A DNA stretch of 64,000 nt from the NCBI GenBank assembly GCA_965112735.1, contig CBCOSG010000003.1:1-64000 (forward strand), read 5' to 3'. Below, in pieces: positions 33,666 through 45,227 of this stretch. The notes under the pieces are model-generated. The model did no database searches and was not told where the DNA came from. It was given only the letters and a program-made list of their open reading frames with translations. This stretch comes from Phaeosaccion multiseriatum. Its lineage: Eukaryota > Protista > Ochrophyta, other classes. Position numbers and translations under genes: made by a program. Position 1 is the first letter of the stretch; each line of letters starts with the position of its first letter.

Positions 33666-36600
33666 ATGACAAAATATAACAAATTATTCCGGAATATAGT
33701 GGTTGGCAAGAGTGAATTAAAACAAATAATGTTATGGTCTTTCAATAATTTCGGCCGAATCAAAGCTTGTTTTTTAGCAAATGAATTAAAAGATTTAGGG
33801 TTCTATTACTCTACTAAGGCAGGTATTTCTATTAGTTTAGAAGATTTACATGTACCTCCTATTAAAAAAACTTTTATACAAGTTGGGAATCAAAATACTG
33901 AAGAAACGTCTTTTAAAACTACACGTGGAGAAATTACAGAAGTTGAAAGACTTCAAAAAATTATTAAAATATGGGGAAGTATTAGTGAATCATTAAAAAC
34001 TCGTGTAATGGAATTTTTTCGAGAAACTGATCCATTAAATTCTGTTTTTATGATGGCATTTTCAGGCGCCCGTGGAAACATATCTCAAGTACGACAGTTA
34101 GTTGGTATGAGAGGACTAATGGCTGATTCATATGGACGAATCATTGATTTACCGATTCAGAATAATTTTCGAGAAGGGTTAACAGTTACTGATTATTTAA
34201 TTTCATCTTATGGTGCCAGAAAAGGAATTGTAGATACAGCCTTAAGAACAGCTGATTCTGGATATTTAACACGACGCTTAATTGATGTGGCTCAAGATAT
34301 TTTAACCCGCGAAATTGACTGTCAAACAAAAAAAGGTGTAATTCTTTCACAATTTGAAGAAAATGATGAATTTAGTTTATCTTTTGAGGAAAAAATTTTA
34401 GGTAGACTTTTGGCTAGTCCTATTAAGCACCCGATAACTGGCAAATTAATAGCTGAATTTAATCAAGAAATTGATCTAAATTTAATACGCCAAATTAAGA
34501 CTTTACAGATTATTGAGATAGCTATTCGATCTCCCTTAACTTGCAACTCTAGTCGAGGAATCTGTCAAAAATGTTACGGTTGGGATTTATCAGTACGAAA
34601 TATAATTGAATTAGGTGAAGCTGTTGGAATTATTGCTGCTCAATCTATTGGAGAACCCGGTACACAATTAACAATGAGGACATTTCACACTGGTGGAGTT
34701 TTTAATCTTGAGCCCAGTCGACAAGTTTGTGCTGAGTTAGCTGGACAAGTGCATTTTAATACAGAGTTTAAGATGGGTAAAATACGCACAACTAATGGTG
34801 ACTTTGTGTCAGTAACACAACAGCCAGGGACTATAAGTATTGTGGACTATAAAAATATATCATATGTAGTTCATGTACCTTCAAAAACTGAAATACTAGT
34901 AAACGATGATACCTATATTAGGAAAGGCGAAGTACTTTTTGAATTGAAGTCAAAAACAGCATTTATAAATGAAGAAGAAAATATACGATATATTCAGACT
35001 AGTCACTCTGGGGAAATTTTTACTCAATCTTTAATATTTAATTCTTCATACCATCTAGTACTTTGGGTTTTAGCTGGAACGAGCTATGATATTCCTATTA
35101 AATCTAAATTGAAATTAAAACCTTTTTCTAAAGTATGTAAAAACAAATCATTAACCTATAATACTTTAGCTAATTTAACCCCTGGTTTTATCTGTCAGGT
35201 CATTAATCCCATAGAAAATATTTTAGAAGGGTTTCAAATATCTCAAGAACTTAATTTTCCCAAAAAATCAAAGTTTTATTTGGAAAATGAAGAAGTTTTT
35301 CAACAAGCTAAATCTTTACAAAATTTAAAATTTTATCTAGAAAAAAATATAAACGGAACTAATGAAATAAAAGGATATGGTATTGATAATAATCAATTAT
35401 TATTAGATTTTTTCATACCTCAAAATTTTTTAAATAGTAATGGTTTTCCAATAGGATATTTAGAAAACTCCAAATATACTATAAAAACCGGGGGAATGAT
35501 CATTTATTTAAGTTATATGTCCATAGAAACAAGCTGTAGTATTTTTTACATCCCCCAAGCTACACATACTATAAATTCAGATGCAAAGAGTTTAAAAGTT
35601 AAATCGGGAGAGCTTATTAATTCTAATACTGAAATTTTTCCTGGCCAATTTACTAATTTTGGTGGAATTGTAGAAGTTATTAAAACCAATAAGAAATTAA
35701 TTAAAGAAATTACAATAAAACCTGGAGAAAAAATTAAATTAACAGGTAAAAAAAATATTAATAAGTACCATGAACAACTCTATTATCCTGGGGAATTATT
35801 ATTTGATGATTATAAAATTAAACGATTAAGCTATATTGAAGTCATAAAAATAAAAAAAACAAGTTTTATTTTGGTGAGACCAATTACTCGGTATGAAATT
35901 ATGGAGCTGCAAAATAAAAATATGAATTTTGTGTTTGGTACTAATTTACCGTTAAAAATTGAACCAATCCGATTAAACCAGAAACTTAGAGATTTTATTA
36001 CTACAGATCAATCTACTGTACTCTTTAATAGACCGTTAACTTTACTCCGGACATTAGAAAAAATATCGCCGACAGTATATTTTGAATTAGACAGTATGAA
36101 TCAGGGATATATCAATCTTGTAGCCCATAAAGAATTTGATTATAAAACTGTAGAAAAAGAAACATTATTAATTCAAGACTATGTTCCAACTGAAATTAAA
36201 AAAATAAATAAAGCATTAAAAATATTAGTAGAAGAAAATCAATTTATTGAACCTTATACTTCATTACTTGCATTTAATGTTTTAAGTTCAAAAACTGGTA
36301 AAATTAATGTAATAAAAGACCAATTTATAGATAATAAAAGAAAAATATTAATAATTCATGACCATGATTATAAAAAAATTTATTTGGAAAAGAAAAGTAG
36401 TAAAATTTCCATCAATAAATTTTTAAAAGCTGGTAATCAAATTACAAAAAATATAAAAGTTAAAAATTCTGGTGTAATAACTCATTATTCCGGAAGTAAA
36501 ATTTTAATTAGACCAGGCACAGCTTATTTATTTTCTGAGGGAGCAAAAATTACTAAAAAATCTGGGTTGTTTGTTGCTGAGCAAGAAGAATTAGGTAAAA

Positions 36601-37586
36601 TTTCTTACAAGAGAGCTAAAACAAGCGATATAGTACAAGGTTTACCTAGAGTAGAAGAAATTTTAGAAGCTCGCCAACCAAAAAATATTTCAACAATTTC
36701 ACTTGTACCGCGTATTGTCAGAAAATTAGAATACACTAATGCCGGCATTCTAGTTTGGTTACATAAACCATTTAAGACTTCTTATTCACGTGGGGAATTC
36801 GAAAAAAAAGAATACTATTCCATTAAGAAATTAGAAAAAATATCTATTGAAAAATTTGAATTTTTAAATGTTGCGACACCATTATATGAAACGGTTTTAA
36901 ACCCACATCTTATTTTAAATACTTATTTTGATTATTACCGAACTTTATCTTTTTTTGATTTATCTCCGTATCACTATACTTCACGTAGTTTTTCAAAAGT
37001 TCAAAGTTTCTTATTAAAATCGATACAAGAAGTTTATTGCTCTCAGGGAGTAAAAATTTCCGATAAACATATTGAATTAATAATTAGACAAATGACGAAA
37101 AATGTTGAAATAACTGCAGCAAATAATTCTGAACTTCTGCCCCATGAAATAATTAGTTTAAAAAAAGTTCATTATATTAACCAATCTTTAACTCTAAACC
37201 AAAAAAAAGGAGAAAAGAAAACGGAATATATTAAATATATTCCCGTACTATCAGGAATTACGAAAGCAGCTTTAAGTACAACTAGTTTTATTTCAGCAGC
37301 AAGTTTTCAGGAAACAACTCGAATATTAACGGAAGCCGCTATATATGGGAAAATAGATTGGTTAGAAGGTTTAAAAGAAAATGTTATCGTCGGAAGATTA
37401 ATTCCTGCTGGAACAGGGTTTAATGCTTACAATGACCTTTGTTTCCAAACAACAATATTTCCATCAAAGAATTTTTCTGACAAAAAATTATTAGAAATTA
37501 AAAAAACACCTCAAAAACTAAATTATTCACGATTAAAAAATTCTTTAAAACAAAAAAAATTAAATTTTAGGCCTGTTTCTTTTTAA
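33666..37586 (+). CDS. rpoC2: RNA polymerase beta'' subunit
   Basis: TADSGYLTRRL, AQSIGEPGTQLTMRTFH, GLKENVIVGRLIPAGTG. Confidence 0.98.
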   Translation: MTKYNKLFRNIVVGKSELKQIMLWSFNNFGRIKACFLANELKDLGFYYSTKAGISISLEDLHVPPIKKTFIQVGNQNTEETSFKTTRGEITEVERLQKIIKIWGSISESLKTRVMEFFRETDPLNSVFMMAFSGARGNISQVRQLVGMRGLMADSYGRIIDLPIQNNFREGLTVTDYLISSYGARKGIVDTALRTADSGYLTRRLIDVAQDILTREIDCQTKKGVILSQFEENDEFSLSFEEKILGRLLASPIKHPITGKLIAEFNQEIDLNLIRQIKTLQIIEIAIRSPLTCNSSRGICQKCYGWDLSVRNIIELGEAVGIIAAQSIGEPGTQLTMRTFHTGGVFNLEPSRQVCAELAGQVHFNTEFKMGKIRTTNGDFVSVTQQPGTISIVDYKNISYVVHVPSKTEILVNDDTYIRKGEVLFELKSKTAFINEEENIRYIQTSHSGEIFTQSLIFNSSYHLVLWVLAGTSYDIPIKSKLKLKPFSKVCKNKSLTYNTLANLTPGFICQVINPIENILEGFQISQELNFPKKSKFYLENEEVFQQAKSLQNLKFYLEKNINGTNEIKGYGIDNNQLLLDFFIPQNFLNSNGFPIGYLENSKYTIKTGGMIIYLSYMSIETSCSIFYIPQATHTINSDAKSLKVKSGELINSNTEIFPGQFTNFGGIVEVIKTNKKLIKEITIKPGEKIKLTGKKNINKYHEQLYYPGELLFDDYKIKRLSYIEVIKIKKTSFILVRPITRYEIMELQNKNMNFVFGTNLPLKIEPIRLNQKLRDFITTDQSTVLFNRPLTLLRTLEKISPTVYFELDSMNQGYINLVAHKEFDYKTVEKETLLIQDYVPTEIKKINKALKILVEENQFIEPYTSLLAFNVLSSKTGKINVIKDQFIDNKRKILIIHDHDYKKIYLEKKSSKISINKFLKAGNQITKNIKVKNSGVITHYSGSKILIRPGTAYLFSEGAKITKKSGLFVAEQEELGKISYKRAKTSDIVQGLPRVEEILEARQPKNISTISLVPRIVRKLEYTNAGILVWLHKPFKTSYSRGEFEKKEYYSIKKLEKISIEKFEFLNVATPLYETVLNPHLILNTYFDYYRTLSFFDLSPYHYTSRSFSKVQSFLLKSIQEVYCSQGVKISDKHIELIIRQMTKNVEITAANNSELLPHEIISLKKVHYINQSLTLNQKKGEKKTEYIKYIPVLSGITKAALSTTSFISAASFQETTRILTEAAIYGKIDWLEGLKENVIVGRLIPAGTGFNAYNDLCFQTTIFPSKNFSDKKLLEIKKTPQKLNYSRLKNSLKQKKLNFRPVSF

Positions 37587-37755
37587 AATTTTAAGTGTAA
37601 TATATCTTGGTATCATTCAATTTAAAAAAGTTAAGTTTTTTATAAACTAAACTTTTTATTTCCTTGAAAGGACAAATCCAATTAAGTTATTAAGTATTAA
37701 AAAATACAGTTTTATTTTTTTTTAGTTAGAAAAATAATAAAAATATAAAAAATTT

Positions 37756-38444
37756 ATGAAAGAAATTCAAAAAAAAACTGTATTAAAAGAACTTTTAGAA
37801 GCTGGAGTACATTTTGGTCATAAAGCTCACCGTTGGCATCCAAAAATGTTTCCTTATATTTATACAGAAAAAAATCATGTTCATATTATTGATCTTATTC
37901 AAACATATCATTTATTAAAAAAAACATGTAAATTAGTTGAAGAGGCAACTAAAAAAAAAAGACAGTTTTATTTGTAGCAACAAAAAGACAAGCTGCCCCT
38001 ATTATTGAAAAAGAAGCAATACGTTGTGGCAGTTATTATATTAATCACCGGTGGTTAGGCGGTATGTTAACTAATTGGACTACAATATATAAACGAATTC
38101 AATATTTAAATGAACTAGAACAAAGAGATAAGGAAGGGTTATTAGACTTATTACCAAAAAAAGAAGCGATAAAAAAGAAAAAAGAACTAAATCGTTTGCA
38201 CCGATATTTCGATGGAGTTAAAAATATGGATAACCGACCTGACATTATATTTGTTATTGATCAAAAAAGAGAAATGATTGCTATAAAAGAAGCCCGTTCT
38301 CTAAATATCCCTATTATTTCTATTTTGGATACAAACTGTAATCCCGATCTAATAACGTACCCTATTCCGGGAAATGATGATGGTATTCGTTCTATAAAAT
38401 ATATTGTAGAAAAAATAGCCGATAGTATATGCTTAGCCCAATAG
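37756..38444 (+). CDS. rps2: 30S ribosomal protein S2, split by a frameshift at A10 (37951-37960)
   Basis: [10 protein letters not shown]; the -1 frame continues [29 protein letters not shown]. Confidence 0.95.
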
Positions 38445-38532
38445 CAAATAAAAATTAACACCTAAGTTCTTATGAAAAAAATTTAAATTTTAAACAGTAT
38501 TTTATTAATTTTAATTAAAAAACAACGGAAAC

Positions 38533-39138
38533 ATGAATATACAAATTAGTCCCCAACTAGTTAAAAAACTTAGAACTAAGACTGGGGCTGGAATGATGGA
38601 CTGTAAGAAAGCTCTTCAGGTAAATGATGGAGATTTTGATAAAGCAACTGAAAGTTTACGACAAAAAGGCTTATTATTTGCAGATAAAAAATCTGATAGG
38701 CAAGCTAGTGAAGGAATTATATCTAGCTATATACATACAGGTGCAAAATTAGGAGTACTGATTGAAGTAAATTGTGAAACTGATTTTGTTGCCCGTCGAC
38801 CTGAATTTCAAACTTTAGTTAAAAATATTTCAATGCAAATTGCTGCATCACCTTCCGTTAATTATGTTTCAACAAAAAATATTCCTGATTTAGTAATAGA
38901 GAATGAAAAATCTATTGAATTAGCAAAAGAAGATTTAATAAATAAATCAGAAGATATAAAAATGAAAATTGTTGAAGGTAGAATAGAAAAATTTTTAAAA
39001 ACTAAAAGTTTACTAGACCAACCTTTTATTAAAAATACGGAAATAACTGTTGAGGAATTAATAAAACAGACTGTTAATCTATTAGGAGAAAATATTCAGG
39101 TTTCAAGATTTATAAGATTTGAACTCGGACAAACATAG
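38533..39138 (+). CDS. tsf: Elongation factor Ts
   Basis: [27 protein letters not shown]. Confidence 0.98.
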   Translation: MNIQISPQLVKKLRTKTGAGMMDCKKALQVNDGDFDKATESLRQKGLLFADKKSDRQASEGIISSYIHTGAKLGVLIEVNCETDFVARRPEFQTLVKNISMQIAASPSVNYVSTKNIPDLVIENEKSIELAKEDLINKSEDIKMKIVEGRIEKFLKTKSLLDQPFIKNTEITVEELIKQTVNLLGENIQVSRFIRFELGQT

Positions 39139-39166
39139 AGATTTAGATTCAAAATTTGTTTTGGAC

Positions 39167-39217
39167 TAGAAAATATTTTTATTTAATATTATTAATATTA
39201 AATAAAAATATTTTCTA
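39167..39217. terminator. Perfect 24-bp AT-rich hairpin between convergent tsf and rps10
   Basis: TAGAAAATATTTTTATTTAATATT-ATT-AATATTAAATAAAAATATTTTCTA. Confidence 0.8.
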
Positions 39218-39529
39218 ATCTAAAACGAATTTAATAGATACTCCAGCAGGTAAATTGACTTGCAAAAAGTCCGTGGGATCTTGGCCGGACTTAGGGTAGA
39301 TATCTAAAATTCTTTTATACCTTCTTATCTCAAATTGTTCACGTGAATCTTTATTTACATGGGGAGAACGAAGAACACAATAAATTCTTCGCCGCGTAGG
39401 AAATGGGATGGCACCTTTAATATTTTGTTTTATTTCAGTTTTTAATATTTCAGTTTTTAATATTTTACAAGATTCATCTAAAATTTGATAATCAAATGAT
39501 TGTAAAAAGATACGAATTTTTTTTTGCAT
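39215..39529 (-). CDS. rps10: 30S ribosomal protein S10
   Basis: VLRSPHVNKDSREQFE. Confidence 0.97.
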   Translation of the reverse strand: MQKKIRIFLQSFDYQILDESCKILKTEILKTEIKQNIKGAIPFPTRRRIYCVLRSPHVNKDSREQFEIRRYKRILDIYPKSGQDPTDFLQVNLPAGVSIKFVLD

Positions 39530-39567
39530 ATAATTATGTTTTTATAATAAAAATAAAAATTTTATAG

Positions 39568-40800
39568 TTATTTTATAATGCTTGAAACTACTCCTGCCCC
39601 GACTGTTCTACCACCTTCACGGATAGCAAATCTCATGCCAGATTCGATTGCGATAGGGGCAATTAATTCGGCTTCCATTTTAATTCGATCACCAGGCATA
39701 ACCATCTCTACACTACCACCATCATCGTATGTAAATTCTATAATTTGACCTGTTACATCAGTTGTTCTTACATAAAATTGTGGTCGATACCCGGTGAAAA
39801 ATGGTGTATGACGGCCACCTTCTTCTTTTGTCAAAATATAAACTTCAGAGTTAAATCTAGTGTGAGGAGTAATTGTACCTGGTTTTGCTAAAACCATACC
39901 CCGTTGAATGTTTTCTTTTTGTAAACCACGTAATAAAAGACCAACGTTATCACCTGCGAAACCTTCGTCTAGTGTTTTCTGGAACATTTCAACTCCAGTT
40001 ACAGTTGTTGAACGTGTTTCTTCTAATCCAACTAACTCGATAGTTTCACCAACTTTAACCATTCCTCTTTCAATTCTTCCAGTTGCAACAGTTCCACGTC
40101 CCGTAATCGAGAACACATCTTCTACTGCCATTAAAAATGCTTTATCTATATCACGTTCAGGTGTAGGTATATAATCATCAACAGCATCCATTAAAGCATA
40201 GATTTTATCTACCCAACTATTTGATCCACGTGTAATAGTTTTATCAGATTCGATAGCATTTAATGCTTGTAAAGCAGATCCTGGTTGAATAGGAATATCA
40301 TCCCCTGGAAACTCATAATCAGATAATAATTCACGAACTTCTAGTTCAACTAATTCTAATAATTCTGCATCATCTACTTGATCTTCTTTATTTAAAAAGA
40401 CAACAATATGGGGAACACCAACTTGTTTAGATAATAAAATATGCTCACGAGTTTGCGGCATTGGACCATCAGCAGCTGATACAACTAAAATAGCTCCATC
40501 CATCTGTGCAGCTCCTGTAATCATATTTTTTACATAGTCAGCATGCCCCGGACAATCTACATGGGCATAATGACGTTTTTCAGTTTCATATTCAACATGG
40601 GCCGTATTAATTGTAATACCACGTGCTCTTTCTTCAGGAGCAGCATCAATCTCATCGTATTTTTTAGCAGTAGTAGACTCAGTCCCTAAAGCTAAAGTAG
40701 AGGTTATTGCTGCTGTTAAAGTAGTTTTACCATGATCTACATGTCCAATCGTCCCAATATTTATATGAGGTTTATTACGTTCAAATTTTCCACGGGCCAT
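39568..40800 (-). CDS. tufA: Elongation factor Tu
   Basis: [20 protein letters not shown]. Confidence 0.99.
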   Translation of the reverse strand: MARGKFERNKPHINIGTIGHVDHGKTTLTAAITSTLALGTESTTAKKYDEIDAAPEERARGITINTAHVEYETEKRHYAHVDCPGHADYVKNMITGAAQMDGAILVVSAADGPMPQTREHILLSKQVGVPHIVVFLNKEDQVDDAELLELVELEVRELLSDYEFPGDDIPIQPGSALQALNAIESDKTITRGSNSWVDKIYALMDAVDDYIPTPERDIDKAFLMAVEDVFSITGRGTVATGRIERGMVKVGETIELVGLEETRSTTVTGVEMFQKTLDEGFAGDNVGLLLRGLQKENIQRGMVLAKPGTITPHTRFNSEVYILTKEEGGRHTPFFTGYRPQFYVRTTDVTGQIIEFTYDDGGSVEMVMPGDRIKMEAELIAPIAIESGMRFAIREGGRTVGAGVVSSIIK

Positions 40801-40864
40801 ATGTTCTCCTATTTTTTTTAGCTTAAAATACTTTTGGCGATTTATTAATAGTTAATTTATTAGT

Positions 40865-41344
40865 TTAACGACGGTAACGACGGTAATGAGAAAAAGCTTT
40901 ATTTGCTTCGGCCATTCGATGAGTTTCTTCTTTTTTACGTATTGAATTACCTCGACCTTTAGAGGCATCGATTATTTCTGTCGCTAATTTTATGGCCATA
41001 CTACGACCAGGACGAGCTCGTGAAAAATGTACAATCCAGCGTAAAGCTAAAATTGTGGCCCGATATCGACTAACTTCAACAGGAACTTGGTAAGTCGAAG
41101 CACGAACTCTGGTACTCCGTAATTCCATATTTGGACTTACATTTTTTACTGCTTTTTCAAATACCCAAAGTGGTTTTAAGTTAGTACGTTTTTTAATTTG
41201 TAAAAATGCATCATAAATAATATTTTGGGCCAAAGATTTTTTCCCACTTTTTAAGATACGGACAGTTAATAGACTAATTAAATAACTGTTTAATAATGGG
41301 TCTGAATTTGGAAATTTTTGCTGCCAATTGTTACGACGTGACAT
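40865..41344 (-). CDS. rps7: 30S ribosomal protein S7
   Basis: TYQVPVEV, HRMAEANKAF. Confidence 0.97.
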   Translation of the reverse strand: MSRRNNWQQKFPNSDPLLNSYLISLLTVRILKSGKKSLAQNIIYDAFLQIKKRTNLKPLWVFEKAVKNVSPNMELRSTRVRASTYQVPVEVSRYRATILALRWIVHFSRARPGRSMAIKLATEIIDASKGRGNSIRKKEETHRMAEANKAFSHYRRYRR

Positions 41345-41367
41345 AATTTTATTGCTCCTTATAAATA

Positions 41368-41748
41368 TTACACTTTTATAATTGGTTTTTTAGCTCCATA
41401 CTTAGAACGTCTTTGTAAACGACCCTGAACCCCAGTGGTATCTAGTGTACCCCGAATTACATGATAGCGGACACCAGGTAAATCTTTAACCCTACCACCT
41501 CTTAATAAAACAACTGAATGTTCTTGGAGATTATGGCCAACTCCTGGGATATAAGCTGTAACTTCAAATCCAGATGTTAAACGAATTCTTGCAACTTTTC
41601 TTAAAGCAGAATTGGGTTTTTTTGGAGTTATTACATAAATGCGTGTACAAACTCCTTTGCGTTGTGGACAACTTTTTAAAGCCGGTGATTTTGTTTTTTT
41701 CTCAATTTTTTTACGTTTTGTTCTTATTAATTGTTGAATTGTTGGCAT
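41368..41748 (-). CDS. rps12: 30S ribosomal protein S12
   Basis: [20 protein letters not shown]. Confidence 0.99.
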   Translation of the reverse strand: MPTIQQLIRTKRKKIEKKTKSPALKSCPQRKGVCTRIYVITPKKPNSALRKVARIRLTSGFEVTAYIPGVGHNLQEHSVVLLRGGRVKDLPGVRYHVIRGTLDTTGVQGRLQRRSKYGAKKPIIKV

Positions 41749-41798
41749 TTGTAGATAAAAAATAGTAAATTTATAGTAACTGATTAAACATATGGGCG

Positions 41799-42011
41799 TT
41801 ATGATTTTAAAGTATCGTATTTTTTTTGGAAGCGTTCTACTCTTCCTTCAGTATCAATAATACGTTGAGATCCAGTATAAAAGGGGTGATTACCTGACCA
41901 AATATCAACATGTAACTCTTTTTTTGTTGAGCCTATAACCATTATTAATTGTCCATCACAATATACTTTAGAATCTTCAAACCAAACAGGATGAATATTT
42001 TTTTTTGGCAT
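41799..42011 (-). CDS. rpl31: 50S ribosomal protein L31
   Basis: [18 protein letters not shown]. Confidence 0.97.
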   Translation of the reverse strand: MPKKNIHPVWFEDSKVYCDGQLIMVIGSTKKELHVDIWSGNHPFYTGSQRIIDTEGRVERFQKKYDTLKS

Positions 42012-42039
42012 AATTTTTTTTTATTAAAAATATAATATA

Positions 42040-42465
42040 TTAACGTTTTGAAAACTGTGAAGCTTTTCGAGCTTTTTTTAAACCATATTTTCTACGTTCT
42101 TTAATTCTTGAATCTCGACTTAAGAATCCATCAACTTTTAATTTAGATCTAAATTGTTGTTTGTCAATTTTACAAATAGCGCGTGCAATTCCTAATTTAA
42201 TTGCATCGGTCTGGCCAATTAATCCACCCCCGTGTACATTTATTACGATTTTATATTGTTTTAATAACCCAGTTTTTTTTAGTGGTAATAAAATTTTACT
42301 TAAATAAGTAGAATTTTCTTGTAGATAGTTTTCACCATATTTCCCATTAATTTCAAGGATTGTTTGAATATTATCGTTGTGGATTGGGGTTAAAGATACA
42401 ATTGCCGTTGCTGTTTTTCGTCGGCCAATAGCCAATACAAAATTTTTATTTAATTGTGTTTTCAT
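42040..42465 (-). CDS. rps9: 30S ribosomal protein S9
   Basis: GRRKTA; ERRKYGLKKARKASQFSKR. Confidence 0.97.
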   Translation of the reverse strand: MKTQLNKNFVLAIGRRKTATAIVSLTPIHNDNIQTILEINGKYGENYLQENSTYLSKILLPLKKTGLLKQYKIVINVHGGGLIGQTDAIKLGIARAICKIDKQQFRSKLKVDGFLSRDSRIKERRKYGLKKARKASQFSKR

Positions 42466-42469
42466 ATTT

Positions 42470-42901
42470 TTATGGTTTAATAGTTATTATGTTTTGCTGA
42501 CTATGTGGATGTTGGCTGCCAGCATAAACTTTTAATTTTGTAAATAACTTTCTACCTAAACGAGTTTTAGGTAACATACCTTTAATTGCTTTTTCAACAA
42601 TTTTTTCTGGAATGCGCTTTTGCAATTGTTCAAAAGTTTCAATAGTTTTACCACCTGGTCTACCAGAATGCCGCATATAAATTTTTTGGATATATTTTTT
42701 CCCAGTAACTTTTACTTTATCAGCATTTATAATAATAATATAATTATTCATTTGCTGATATGGTGTGTAAAAAATTTTATTTTTTCCGGATAAATATGTT
42801 GCAACCTGTGTAGCTAATCTTCCCAAAGGTTGTTCACTTGCATCTATAATATGCCATTTTGTTTCAATAGAATTTTTGGATGGAATAAAGGTATCTTTCA
42901 T
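42470..42901 (-). CDS. rpl13: 50S ribosomal protein L13
   Basis: [26 protein letters not shown]. Confidence 0.97.
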   Translation of the reverse strand: MKDTFIPSKNSIETKWHIIDASEQPLGRLATQVATYLSGKNKIFYTPYQQMNNYIIIINADKVKVTGKKYIQKIYMRHSGRPGGKTIETFEQLQKRIPEKIVEKAIKGMLPKTRLGRKLFTKLKVYAGSQHPHSQQNIITIKP

Positions 42902-42980
42902 AAATTTATTAAGTTAATTTCTTTATTATTAGGATTATATATATAAAAAAAATCATTGTCTAGTACTTATTAAAAGTCCG

Positions 42981-44237
42981 TTAGGAAAAAAAAAACTTTG
43001 TATTTTTCTTTACTGAAGAATCCTCTAATTTTTCTATAACTTCTTTACCTAAGTAATTAATTAATTTCTCTGTAACTTCTTCTAATGATTTTACACCAAA
43101 ATTTTTAATTTGAATTAAATCTTTTTTTGAGTATTTTAATAAATCCCTAACTAATTTTATATTTTCTTTCTCTAAACTATTTAAGACTCTCTTAGAAAGG
43201 TTTAGTTTTTCAATGGAATTTTTTAATTTACTGTTATATGGATATATATCTTTATCAATATCATCATCTAAAGTTTTTTCGATATACCCTTTTTTAGTAT
43301 TATTGGGAACAGTTTCTTTTAACTGTGCATATACTTTATATTTATCTTTTAGAATTTTTTCTTCACGCTGATCATTCGATAGAATGAAAGAAGTTTTATT
43401 GTTTAAAATTTGAATTTTTTCTTCACCTATTTTATTTATACCTGTATTTATTTTATTTATATTTTCTCGAATTATTTGAGGTTTTACTATAAATTTTTGT
43501 GGGATATCATCCCAAAAAGGTATTGGATTTATTATTTCAGTTTCTTCTAATAATAATGTTTGAATATTTTGGAACCAATTTATTATATTTTCCGAAGCAT
43601 CGTATAGTGCATTATCTGGACTGATACTTCCATTAGTCCAGATATCTAAAAATAAATCTTCGTGACTTACTTTATTTTCAAAAAAAATATTTTCAATTTT
43701 GAAATCAACTTGAGAAACTGGCATAAAAATAGCATCAGTACGAAGAAAATCTAAAGGTTCATTTACTATTTTTTCTTCCATTAATTTATAACCTTTACCC
43801 CATGCGATTTTAATCTCCATTTCTAAAGTTACTGGATCCGTTATAGTAGCAATATATTGATTAGGATTTTTTAATTTTAAACTCGAAGAAAATTGAAATT
43901 GGTCAGCTGTAACTATTGTAGGTCCAGAAATTTTTAATCTTGCAATAAAAGATTGATTTTTCGGGTTATCAGATGTGAAAATTAATTCTTTTAAATTTAA
44001 TAGAACTTCTAATACATCTTCCCGAACTCCCGGAATCGAAGAAAATTCATGATTTACTCCTGCAATCCTGATTCCGACAACACTTAAGCCTGCTAAATCT
44101 GTAAGAAGAACTCGTCGAAAAATATTGCCAATGGTTATGCCATGCCCTTTTTCAATGGGAGTTATCAAGAACCGACCAAAATGTTCAGTAGGACTTTTCT
44201 TATCTGCCAGAATATACTCACAACGAATACTGTTCAT
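42981..44237 (-). CDS. rpoA: RNA polymerase alpha subunit (418 aa, long linker)
   Basis: GITIGNIFRRVLL, HEFSSIPGVRED, WTNGSISP; alpha-CTD IEKLNLSKR..KNFGVKS. Confidence 0.96.
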   Translation of the reverse strand: MNSIRCEYILADKKSPTEHFGRFLITPIEKGHGITIGNIFRRVLLTDLAGLSVVGIRIAGVNHEFSSIPGVREDVLEVLLNLKELIFTSDNPKNQSFIARLKISGPTIVTADQFQFSSSLKLKNPNQYIATITDPVTLEMEIKIAWGKGYKLMEEKIVNEPLDFLRTDAIFMPVSQVDFKIENIFFENKVSHEDLFLDIWTNGSISPDNALYDASENIINWFQNIQTLLLEETEIINPIPFWDDIPQKFIVKPQIIRENINKINTGINKIGEEKIQILNNKTSFILSNDQREEKILKDKYKVYAQLKETVPNNTKKGYIEKTLDDDIDKDIYPYNSKLKNSIEKLNLSKRVLNSLEKENIKLVRDLLKYSKKDLIQIKNFGVKSLEEVTEKLINYLGKEVIEKLEDSSVKKNTKFFFS

Positions 44238-44255
44238 TAATAACCTCCCTATTTT

Positions 44256-44636
44256 TTAAACTCTTCGTTTATTTGGAGGTCTGCATCCATTATAAGGAAC
44301 TCCAGTAACATCCTTAATAGATTTAATTTTAATTCCAGTTACTTGTAATTTTCGAATTGCTGCTTCTCGACCAGACGGTTTTCCTTTGACTAAAACATGA
44401 ACTTTTTTTAAACCATAACCAGCTACTTTAAATATAGCTTTTTCTGTTGCTGATTGGGCAGCATAAGGAGTACTTTTTCTACTATGTTGAAAACCAGCAC
44501 AACCCGCTGATGACCAGCCTAAAGTATTGCCGCCTAAATCAGTAATTGTAACAATAGTATTATTATTTGTTATCTTTATATGCACAATTCCAACTCTAAC
44601 TTTCCGTTTTATTTTTTTTTTTAATCTTGGTATCAT
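44256..44636 (-). CDS. rps11: 30S ribosomal protein S11
   Basis: [25 protein letters not shown]. Confidence 0.96.
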   Translation of the reverse strand: MIPRLKKKIKRKVRVGIVHIKITNNNTIVTITDLGGNTLGWSSAGCAGFQHSRKSTPYAAQSATEKAIFKVAGYGLKKVHVLVKGKPSGREAAIRKLQVTGIKIKSIKDVTGVPYNGCRPPNKRRV

Positions 44637-44662
44637 TATGTTTATTTAGACTTAATGTATAA

Positions 44663-45043
44663 TCAGTTTTTCTTTTTCATTAGAGGATTTTTACTTTGTT
44701 TTCGAGTTCTAGCATTCGTTTTTGTACGCTGTCCCCGAACTGGTAATCCTGCACGAAGACGGCGTCCTCGAATAGAACCATTTTCCATTAATCTTTTTAT
44801 ACTTAAAAACTTAAAACGTCTTAATTCTCCTTCTAATTTATAATCAGTTTCTAAAATATTTCTTATAGTACTAATATCGCTATCAGATAAATCTTTTACT
44901 TTTAATACCTTTTGATTTATATCAATTAAATTACTTTTTTCTAAAATTTCTTCTGCTCGTGCTACTCCAATCCCATAAATGGAAGTCAAAGCATATTTAA
45001 CTCGTTTTTCCGGTAGTAAATCAATTCCGAGAATTCTAACCAC
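44663..45043 (-). CDS. rps13: 30S ribosomal protein S13 (GTG start)
   Basis: IYGIG, GLPVRGQRTKTNART; AAGGAG SD upstream. Confidence 0.97.
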   Translation of the reverse strand: MVRILGIDLLPEKRVKYALTSIYGIGVARAEEILEKSNLIDINQKVLKVKDLSDSDISTIRNILETDYKLEGELRRFKFLSIKRLMENGSIRGRRLRAGLPVRGQRTKTNARTRKQSKNPLMKKKN

Positions 45044-45066
45044 TATTTGCTCCTTATATTTAATAT

Positions 45067-45180
45067 TTATCCTTGTTTTTGTTTATGTTTAGCATTTACA
45101 CAGATTACCCGTAATTTTCCATGTCTTCTAATAACTCTACATTTATCACACATTTTTTTAACTGATGGTCGTACTTTCAT
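45067..45180 (-). CDS. rpl36: 50S ribosomal protein L36 (37 aa, Zn-ribbon type; not in ORF track)
   Basis: Manual translation [37 protein letters not shown]. Confidence 0.97.
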   Translation of the reverse strand: MKVRPSVKKMCDKCRVIRRHGKLRVICVNAKHKQKQG

Positions 45181-45227
45181 TTTTTTTCTTTATAATATTT
45201 ATAATGGAATCCTAAATTAAACAAACT

